Shown here piece by piece: positions 1 to 12,000 of a stretch of DNA of 64,000 nucleotides. The notes below the pieces were generated by a model. It was not told where the DNA came from. It was given only the letters and a program-made list of their open reading frames with translations, and did not search any database. Each line of letters starts with the position of its first letter. Within the stretch, counting starts at the first letter, position 1. The DNA lies in NCBI GenBank assembly GCA_934748015.1, contig CAKVHF010000002.1, positions 133,499-197,498 of the forward strand, given 5' to 3'. Both the position numbers and the translations under genes were made by a program. This DNA is from an uncultured Clostridia bacterium. Lineage in GTDB: Bacteria > Bacillota > Clostridia > Christensenellales > UBA1242.

Positions 1-1
1 T

Positions 2-3000
2 GTTAAAGATGAAACAGAAGGAAATGTAGAAGAATATTATAAGATTGTGTTCTCCAATCTATCTTGCTCGGTTAAGTTTGATCTATCTGAGATCAACTAC
101 AACCTAGTAGAGTCCAATATATTGCTTAACCCCAATTATAAAGATGCAAATAGTAGAATAGAGAAGATAAAGAGTACAAATTTCGTAGCGGACAATTGGT
201 ATTTCTTGTCTGACAATACATCATATTACATCGGCAATATTGTAGAGTACAACAGGGTACATGCTAACAAGATTAGATATGTGATAACTTATGATAAAGC
301 AAGCCAGGCATATAGAGTATTTGACATGACTGGCATAACCAAAGAAAATGATATCTACAAATCTATCAAAATACTAGACATCAGCTACTTCGATAATGCA
401 TTGGTAGGTGGATTTGATGATAAATATCTATCTTCTGCTAAATTGCAGTCTAGGCTAGCGGATATATCGCTACTAGATAGGGCAAAGTTGTCTACTGCAT
501 TGCTAAGCGGTGAGAGTAAAGAAAGCAATCAATATGCTAGTCACAACGACAATGGTGCGATCAAGAATACTACAACAACTTATATAAGCCTTCAAGGTGC
601 AAGCTACAAAGCAAAAGTTTCTGTTGCTAATGATAGCAATGCGTATAAGGGACTATTTAACAGAAGCGAAATTGAATCAAGTTATCTTGTGACTAATGCA
701 ACTAATGCTAAGGCAAAATTTACAACTCCTGGTCCTGGCTCGGACGAGTATAGTACAAAATTTGGTACTTACGCTAAGGATGGTGAAACAATTGGCTTTG
801 TATCTAAGATACCATCGATGTATATCAATATCCAGTTGTTTGCTGAGAAAGATGGTACAACCAACAAGGCAGATGACGATGTAAAGTATACAATACTTAA
901 CAAAAATGATAGTGCATTAATCGAGAATATAACAGCAACGGTTGGTGCTGGCACAACTACTTATGGCAGAATGCTTAAGTTTATAACCAATAGCATCAGT
1001 GCTTATGATGTAGTTAATGGGGAACTTATAGTCAACAACAATGATATAACTAGCACATATATCGATTCTTTGGATGGAGACAAAGTAAAATCTAGAGTAA
1101 TTTCTACCTATATCCCATTTACATCTTCATTTATATTCAAGGTAGAATTTAGTGGCAAGTATGCTCAATTCAATAGTTTGAGTGATCAATCGGAAAAAGA
1201 AAAGTATTTGAAATCAATGTTTAGTGGATTAGATTTTAAGTCTAAAAATTCTAATGCATACTTGGTTACTTATGATAACAACTATTATATTGTAGTTGAC
1301 CTAAGAAAATATGGTAGATTGAGCGAGGAGAACACTACATATATTGGTAAAGGCAATAGCGAGAAAAATAGCGAGAAAAACAGAGATAAAGGTGAGATCC
1401 TTGCTAATAGATTAGAAATATATGTTAGCAATCCTCAAGGCATCCTTAACTCATTTAACCTCAACTTCAACAATTATGTTGTTGGATACAACTTAGATAC
1501 TACCAATCCAGCACTTCTTACAACCACTTGTGGTTGGGGCAATATAGAAACCAAGGCAGAGGGATACAAGAACAATTCTAATATATTTGAGATATATGGC
1601 AATTATGCTCAAGCAAAGGGACTATATCAAGGCAAAAATTATGAGTACAAGATAACACTAAGTGCAGAATATATCAATAGCCCTATTAGTATAACTATAT
1701 CTTACAAGGTGGGTGAGACCACGTATAGCAAGACAATATCTAAAGGTCAAGAAGTTTCCTTAAATGGTGTAGATGATAAAGGGGATGTTGCACAAGGCTT
1801 AACTACAACAGTTTCTTTTGTTAGATTGAGGCCCGATAGTCAAGAATATATCTTGACAATCAATAATGTTGATGCAACACTGGACGTGTCATTTAACAAT
1901 ATCTATCGTAACATGTATGGTTTTAGTTTTGCTAGTGATGACGGAAAAACGGTTGATCCATATCTATTTAAGGAAAATGGAGCAAGAGCAACTACCAAGA
2001 GTGTTAATGATGAGTCGTCTACTACACTAATTAACATTCGTGTTGCAGGTAAGAGATACATCACTATTGATAACAAAACAGGCACATATAGTGTTAGTGA
2101 TGTAGAGCAAAATTTTACCAAGATAGAAGAAACCAATGGAAAGACTGCACTTGAGATTTTGCAAGAGATTTTGCTATCCAATTCTAAATTGATCACTAAA
2201 AATGTGTTAGAGAAGAATTATTTAATTAGACTAATATATGTTGACTCTGCTGATAATATTCAGACGGCATATTTCATTACGCAAGACACCGAAAATGCTA
2301 ACAATAATTTAGCAATCATGTTTATCCGAAATACTGAGGCTGTAACTGGTTATGAAGTTAAGATGAAGGTCGGTAATGGATTCTTGAACAAATTGACTCC
2401 TCAATCTGTAACTAGTCCATTTAGCAGTTATTGCAATTTTAACTATGCGGCAGAGCAATGTCAATTGAAAGGTATTACAGATAACATAGCACTAGAGTAT
2501 AGTTATTCTTATAAGAGCAATAGCTTAACAATCAATGTAGGCAATGGTGATGCTAAAACTCCAGATAAACCAAGTTATAACAGCACTATCTTTACCGAAG
2601 AGGGCAATGACAACAGCAGAGCATATATTATAGGTTCTGACCAATTTAGCCTTGTAAGAGGTGATAAAACCGAAGAAGTAAGCGAACTGGATTGGTTCAA
2701 GAGACTTATTAGTGGAAAGAAAACCACTAGTGAAGGTGAAGTAAGTAATGGCTTGATTGATATAAGGGATTTTAGCTATAGTAATGGATCCAAAATGAAT
2801 ATACTATATGGTAGTTATCTTGTCCTTGCACTTACGGCAAAAACTGGCTACAATAAAACATTTAAGTTGATTTTGAAGGACACTGCGGGCAAAACATTGG
2901 TTGCTATTACCTACAATGCGGATCCTGCGAGTGATACGGAAGGAAATAAGATATATTACGAAATTGATAAACTTGATGACAGTATCTGTTCCGCTTGGGA

Positions 3001-6000
3001 TAGTGAAAAAAAGATCCAATATGTAGCAGTAATGTTGAAAGATAAAGATGCTATCAACACAACAGTTGACGGATCATTTACTCTAGATATTGTCAACCCA
3101 ATCAATGTATATTCGTTTAAGGACGAGACAGATAGTACAAGGATGGGTAAAGGATACGAGTTTGGTATTTCGTACAATACCGATGGAAGTCGAGTAACAG
3201 ATTATTACAAATTAAACGAAAAATATGAGCATGGCGCTCATCCTATGATCAATTTTGTTCTTGAGAAGGGCTATACTCAATCTGATTATGCAATTGATGT
3301 ATATTATAATTCTGTTGCTACTACTCAATCACTAATATACAAAATTACTAGTAAATATAACACCGAAACAAAGAAGTACGAGCCTGTAATAACTTCACCA
3401 GTAACAGGGGTTGTTATGGGTTGTCTGGTATTGTCACCTAAAGAAAGCGATACATGGAGCGGATTTAGATTTCAGATCGGAAATGGCTTAGATGGTGCTA
3501 CTGGCGAAATTATATTTAAGGTAACACAAGATCTTAAACTTAACAAATACAACTTAACTTTGAATGCTGAGAAAACTGAAGGTGGCACTCTTGCTGGCGG
3601 AATCGAAATCGAAAACCTTGACACAACTAAGCCGATGATTGCAACTGCTATTGCTGGTACGAATGAAAGTTTTGCTAATGGCAAAAATACATATAAATTT
3701 ACTCATGGCAATGCAATTACTCTTACATTTAGACCACATGCCAACTACATGAAGTCTGGATATATCTTTACTATCACTATTGGCGGACAAGTATATAAGG
3801 TGAAATGCATTATCATCAGAGAATATGTTGTGGATGCTAGATCACAAGATGTCAATGCGATATTGCTAGATGAAAACGGAAACGAAACAACAGACACCAA
3901 TATCACATTGTCCGAAGAATGGCAAGACGATAAGGCTGGCGATGCCGAACATATGATAATTAAGCTTGTTATTGGCGATACTAAAACAACAGATAATATA
4001 TCTATATCTGTAGGCGGAATGACAGAAGATACATTTACAATCATTAAGTCTACTGGTCAAAATTGTCCTGATGTAGAAATAACAGGTGCTACTGCAGAAG
4101 ACGGCAAATATACACTTGCAACAACTTATACCAATGTAAATAATGTGTTGCAAGCGGTTATCAATGTTAAGGCAGAGCATAAGTTGAAAAAATTTGAAAT
4201 CATAGAGAATAGATATGGTAATACTGCAAAGACAACAACACTATTTGAGTTTAGTGATAAGCAATTGCAAAGCATACAAAATGCTGGAGGAACTGCAACT
4301 CCAATTAAAGAAACATCTGGCAATGCATACAATATAACTTTGAGCGTAAAGTATGGTCCGATTGAAGGTGTTGGTGTTAATTATTATCAATGCACATTTA
4401 CATTTACCAAAGGTTTAACGTTTGATGCAGAATTTAAGACCCATATCGAGATGAAAGAATATGTGGTAACATTCAACAATAATGGCATAGCCTTAAGCAA
4501 TGACATTGTTACTATTATTGGTGGAGCCATTAATAGAAAAACTTTAGACGGTTCAAGCCCAAGCCTAGAAACTTTAACTGAAGATGATTTAGCGGGTGTC
4601 TTAACAGATACTGGGTATAGTATCCCTGCAGGATCTTCTCTTCGTGTTGCTATGAAGATCAATGAGAAATACATGCACGCAGTTTGGGATGATTTCAAAA
4701 ATTGGACTTCGACCGAGTATGATGTGGGATTTGGCACAGAGACAGATAATGCAATTAGGTTCTATTATAAGTCTCCAAATACGGAAAAAGTAACAACTAT
4801 TTGGGGTAGCAGCTCTTCAACAGAAGATGGCACAAATGTTATTGTAATAGAGATATACAATGTTACTGAAAGTAAAACTGTTGAAACAAATTTTCAAGAA
4901 AAAAGTTATGCAATGACATTGAATGAGCCTAATGGTTTGACAAGTTGGACATGTAATCCAAAGTATGCTGATAGTGAAAATAATGCACATACATACTCTC
5001 AGATTGAGAGTGGCATCATCAAGTATACTGCTACGCTTAGCGAAGCATATAGCAAAGCTGACCTAAAATTTAATGTCACTTATACAAAAATCGAGACTGG
5101 TGAAACAACAACCGAATCAGCAATAGTGGCAAAAAATAATGGTGATGAGAGCGGTGTTGCAAACGGCACTGGTGCTAGTATTGTAAGCGTATCGATTAAT
5201 GATAAAGGTGAAGTAATTGTTACTAGATACCAAATGGCACATTATGATATCACAGTTACATTTGATGCTCCAAAGATCAATAAATATAGCATCACATTGC
5301 AAAACATTGCAGACAATGTAGATGTTGTAGAATATACACCGTCAACTGATAAGCAAGTTCATACATACACTCTATACAAGACAGACATAATTGCTGATAG
5401 TGAGTCTCCAAACTTTAGTACAATGGGTATATTAGAATCTCAAGGTAGTGGAAAATACAGAGCAATAATAGGTGTATTTACTATCAATACTTATGGCAAG
5501 ACTGTTTATTACTTGGATGAATATAACAAATATGCTGAGTTTACCGATTGGGCTAAATTGCTTAATATGGGCGAAAATGTACAAGGCGAGGACTCAAAGA
5601 AAGTTGTATTGTATTATGAACATGTAATAGATAGTCAAAACATCGAATTTGAGTTCAAGACAAAAAATTCTGACTTTGGATTCAAGAGGTTGGTAACTGA
5701 CAATGTTGATACATCGGGAATTATTAAGACCCAAAATAAAAATATTTTGTTTAGTGTTAATAACGGAACCGATGTAGCATGCGAGGAGTATTACAACTGC
5801 AACATTGTGTATGCCAAGACATTTGAACCATTGACAGTATCTGATTATAACAAACTAAGTTATAATGGCAATGAAGGAAATGAATTGCCAAGTCAAGATC
5901 ACTCATCCGAAATAGGTGGACTAAGTGTATACGACGAGAAAGATAGTCTGTTGGATGTGTATAACAAAAGTGATGGTACATATTCATTAGTTTCAGAATA

Positions 6001-9000
6001 CTTTAAGTACTCCAAGGTCGAATTTAACCTAGGTGCACAATATGTGGATGCATTGACTGAGGAGATTAATGGAACAAAATATTTGAAGTCGGAATTTATC
6101 AAGGTTGATTGCGGGGTGTTGGGCACATTTATGCTTCACCAAGATGGCGAAGAGTTGATAAACAACAAATACTATAGATATATAGCAGAATTTAGTTATT
6201 GGACAGGTGCAAAAATCACTATTAACGAAAGTCTTTTGACACCAGCCCTATACAACTATATGCTGGACTATATTGCAAGTAGTAGTGATGAAGTCACATC
6301 ATGCTCCAATGTTAACTATGTTGGTTACGCTGATCAGTCAGTATCTTACAATGAGTTATCATCTGGGGAGATAGAGGTAGTTGCTAAAGTAAAAGTTTGG
6401 TATTATGATAGCAATAAGACTAAAAAGATGTTCCAACTTGCCGAAATTAAAGTTACATTTAGCGGAATTAATACATCATATATGCTTAACAATGAAGGTG
6501 AATTAAATCCAATTAACTTTGGTTCAAATATTAAAGTCCCTTACGGCACAAAAATAACAGTACAGATTAATGTATTGAACGAAGGTGCATGGCAAAATTT
6601 TGATCAATTTAATGGAAATACTTTGTATCAAGATAGAAGTTATCAAATTGCAGGGTCGCCTAAAGGAAGTTGGTCTGATGGTAGCCAAAATGTTACAACT
6701 ACACAATTTACTTCTAAGACGATATCTGTTGATGATGTTGAAAAACAATGTACTAGCAATATTTATATGATAGAAAGTATCACAGAAGATATAACAAAAG
6801 AATTTGCTCTTAATTTGCATAGAAATTATTACACAATCAACATTCCAAATAGTTTGGCAGGAAAAGTTAGTTTAGAAAAGGATAATATTATTGAAGATTG
6901 CGTTCATCAGCCTGTGTCATCAGCCGATACATTAGTGTTTGGATATGCTGACGCACCTAAGCTGTTGCTTGATAAACAAGTTTCAATAAGCAATGCCGAC
7001 TACGCAACATATAACAAGTCGGATAGCGGGCTAAGAAGCGGGTTGTTTCAATTGATAGCTGAGGATGATGGATCATCAGGAAGTGAAACAATTGATAGCA
7101 ATAATTGCACCCTAGACGGTGAAAAATATAAGGTTTTTGTTGGACTTGGTAACAGAAATTATAGCTTGCAAGATAACAGGCTTCCAGCTAACCGATATGC
7201 TCTTACTTTCGAGGCAAAGAATGGATACGAAGGTACAAGAAAGTTAGTATTGACCAATAATGGTACTAAGGCTGTGACATTAACATTCTATGATGGTACA
7301 GCTTACGATAGTGCTGAGTCAGGCAGTATTACTATTAACTCTGGGTTGTCAGCAACTATCAATATTGATAATATTGTTAGTTCAACCGCTGGCAAATTAT
7401 ACTTTGCTGTCACTGGTGGTGTAGTGTTTGGCAGAGAATTTGCTAATATTACAGCAAACATAGTGCAGACCTTTAGTGCAAAATATGAACAAGCATTGGG
7501 GAAATATGGTGTAGGCGATGCAAGTAATATTTCTCTTGGGGAATTTGGTGGCAAGTTAAATGTATCAGATATATCTAACACTCCTATTAAGAGGTCTATG
7601 ACTGTTGATATTCAGGTTGATTATGAGAAAGACTATTATTTCAGTGCTTTGGGTATAAACGAGTATACAACATATATTGATACAAAGAATATGAGTATTA
7701 TAGAGGGTGCAGATGCAAATGCTATCAGTGGTTACAAACTAACCCTAAAAGATGGCGTAAGCACCATAATTAAGTTGCAGGCAGGTGATAATTATAGCAG
7801 GGCAACAGAATTTGTTATGTACCATAAAAATACTGACGATACTATTGGGACTGAGTATACCATTAGTTATGATAGCGATAACAAAAGATGGGACTTCAAA
7901 ACAAGAGACAATCAATATCCTGCATATTATGGTTTAGATGTAAAAGATAAAGAGTGGAAGTGGTATAGTGGCACACAAAGTACATTGATTAACGAAGGCA
8001 ACTATTTTGACTCTGTTTATTTCACAATATATTCGATCACAATGTCACAAAACAGCAACGGAAATAATATCTTTGAGATGAAGATCGCACTTAATAGCAA
8101 TTTTAATGGCAAGACTATCAATATTGAGATAGAAGATAGCCAGATCAATCAAGAAACGCTACAATTTAAAGCAGACAACAGCAATGACAAGCTAGATCAT
8201 GTGGATAAGATGTTTAGTAAAATAGAATTAATGGTATGGAATAGTGTTGGACTAGTTGGCAATACATCTTATGGTGATGGTGGTTCGTCAGTTTCAGACT
8301 TCTTTACTACATCATCCTTTACTCTTCCTGTTGATGCAACTATTTCTCTGCATTTGACATTAGCAAAAGGATATTACAATATCGATAAGTTAACCATCAA
8401 TGGAATAGTTGATGCAATAGCGGGTGACTATGATGGAAACTTTACGATTGGATCGGTCGATTATAGTAAAGAATCTCATACTTTGGTTTATACATTTAGT
8501 AATATCAAGAACTTCACTTTCACCTTTGCTCAAGATTTGAGAGATTCGTATATTTTTGGAGTTAGTAGTAATGACTTTAATGCGTATGCATCAGGTATAA
8601 GCACAACATGTAGTAAAGATGATAAATATGAACTTAATATAATAAACGTGAGTGATAAGCCTCATGGTAACTATTTTGAATTAGTTATTTTTCATACTAG
8701 TTATATAGCATTCTCATTTACAATTGACAAATCTTATACATTAAGTTCTGTTGCATTAAGTTCTGTCAATGAAACTAGTTTGACTTCCAAGGGTGATGGT
8801 ATAATGGGTTGCACAATTGGAAGTTGGGATGTATCATACAATACAGTAGATAACGAAGTTACTATAAGTGGTGCGGTAAAGAAAGGAGAAACATTTAATA
8901 TAGTATTTAAGAAACGAACAACAGAATTTACCCTTAACTATCTAGATAGCAATTACGGAATACAACGACAACAAGGCATTACGATTACTTATGGGCAAAC

Positions 9001-12000
9001 AATATACGATGCTATTAGCTCTATAATTCCTAATACAATTGGCCTAAAGTATATAGGCTTTACAATTAATGGAAAGGTAGGGGAAGGAAAGACAAGTTTT
9101 GCAAGAGCTAAAGACAGCAATGGAAACTTGATATATTATGAATATACTCTTGCAAACTTTATTCAAAAAGCAGGTTTGTTTGCTGGAAATCAAGAAGATT
9201 TTGCATTTGACAGCAATCAAACTTCAAGTAAAGGATATTTATCAATAATATCTCCAACTTTTAAAATAAATAATGAAGACGCTGATAATAAGTTGTTTGA
9301 TCAATTAAACGGCGCAGAAGTTGGTATAATATATTCCTATGAAGAAAATGCTATAACATTGAATTATGGTAAAAATTCTGGAATACAAGATAAGGTCATT
9401 AAGTATACATTTGGTAATCCTGTAAATGCATATTATTTAAGCAATACCAATATAAGTGTAAATGAAGAAGATGGAACATTTAATGTTGCAGGAAATTCTG
9501 ATAGTTTAGCATTTGCTGAAAATAATGCGTTTAAGTATATTGAAGGATTTCAAGGACAAGGTCAAAAAGGAACATATACATGGACAAGGTTTAAAGATAA
9601 AAATAATCATATATTATTTAAATTTGGTGGATCATATGCAGAAATGTTGCAAGCATTAAATGATATAGTATCAAAGAATGGTACAATAACAATAACATCG
9701 ATCTTTGAGGATATATTGTTGTCTATTAACTTCAATAATGGTTCTGAAACATTGGAAATTGCTGATGTTATAGATAATCAAGTTGGACAAGAGAGAACTT
9801 TAATAACAAGTAGCGGCATTTCATATCAAACTGAATATATTCTTAATAATAATGAATATTTTTATTATGCGTTTGGCGCAAATGGTACTAAATTGTATAT
9901 TGGCAAGTCTAGTGGAAAAGATGTACTAGGTAATAATGCTAATTTGGATAACATTGGACCAGAATATTTTATAGATTATTTATATACTAGATTAAGACTT
10001 GGTGAAACCAATAATAACAAATTGATTAATGATTATAAAATAAATGACAACATATATTGGAAAAAATATAGTAACACAACCACAAACACATTGAATACTA
10101 TGTTGACGGAGTATTGGACAACTATATATAGCAATATGGATCTTACTATAATGAAATATGATATAACTATTGATGTTGAAATGGGTAATCCGATAGAGGT
10201 AATATTTGATGTTAGTGAATATGCTGCATTATCAGAATTCGACTCAGACAAAGGTGATCTTAAGTTTACATTCTATTCTGGATCACAAGATGTATATGCC
10301 TTAATTAGGCAATATATCAATGACGAATCCAAAGATCAAGATAAGAGAAATATACTTGCTAATTACTTTATGATACCAGATGGTAAAGGGGGATATATTA
10401 ATGGCAATGCCGGTAAGGCTTCTACAATTTATTGTGATTATGCTGTAATTGGAACTACGCAAGGTTCTGGGCACGAATATTTGTCAGGTGACACATTGAA
10501 TATAGATGGTGCAATTGCCAATGGAATAAGTAAAATCACTTTGCGCATTGACAACCCAAGAGGCACTAGTGCAGATAATCCATTTATCATAGACGATGCA
10601 TATTCTTGGAAAAAGATTTTGTATAACAACATGAGTGATAACAACATGAGTGGTGGCAAATACTTTATTCAGACAGCAGATCTTAATCTTACGGAATTAA
10701 GCAGAAGTCAACAAAATGGAACCTTTACTGGACATTATCTAGGTGGAACGATTGATGGTAGAAGTGTAAAATTGATAAGAACTGCACAGGATTCTGAAAC
10801 CAGTGATGATATATATCCTATCTTCTCATCTATTACTGGAGACTCTAGTGTAGAAAATGTGGAGATTGTGGGTGATGTAACCAATCCTATATATCATCCA
10901 GACAAAAACATAAAAGGAGATAGTTGGGGTAGTTTAGCAGGAAAAATTGGCGAAGGTTCAACTATTTCTAAGATAACAACAAGTGGTGGAATTAATCTAA
11001 ATATTTATGCAACATGTTATGGAAATATTGGATCTGTAGTAGGTAAATGGGACTACAAAGTATCTTCAACTTTGTTCTCTTCATGTATCGATTCTCTTAC
11101 AGCAAACAACGCAATTTATGTTTTAAATGTAGGTGTAAAATACTTAGGTGGTGTTGTAGGATTGTTAAATATTGTTAGTTCAGATGAAGGGCTAACATTT
11201 AAAGATATTGTAAATAATGGCACCATTACTACTGAAAATGTTTCGGAAGGTGATCTGACATTACGTACTGCTGGAGTTGCTAATATAGTGTTAAATAAAG
11301 GTAGTGATTTAACATTTGACAATGTCGCAAACAATGGAAATGATGGAAAACTAATGTCCATAAGTACTCAGAAAGGCACAGTTGGTGGTATTGCTAACAT
11401 AGAAGTTCTAGCAACAGACTCATCAACTATTCACTTTGATAAAATGGTTAATAATGTGAATATTGTGGCAGATTGTGGATCGTTGAGTAGTTCTGCTATA
11501 GTAGCTGGTGTTATGACAATTGTTGGCAATGATAACTCTGGAAAAACAATAATCACATATGACAGTGTATCAAATAATGGATCAATCACAGTAAATAGCA
11601 ATAGCATAAATAAAGCGGCAATTGCTGGTGGAATACTATTACAAAATGCTAAAATTGAAGTTGATGAATTTAACCAAACAAACTCTTCTAAGATTAAAAA
11701 TAGTGGAAATCTGTCTGGAGCTGATTATTCAGCTGGTGCAATGTTATTGCGTACTGGATCTAATGTTACCAACGCATTGAATTTGCAATTTGAGAATAGT
11801 GGACAAGTAACTGGCAATAAACTGGCATCTGGTGGATTGTTAATTACAGAGAATAATAGCAAGTCCATAACAGGAACGATCAATATAAGCAATTCTACTA
11901 ATTCTGGTAATATTACGGCGACAAGCCTTGCTGGTGGTATAATGGCATCGTATTATGATCAGAAGAGTGTTAAGATAGGTATAGGATCAACAAGTAACAC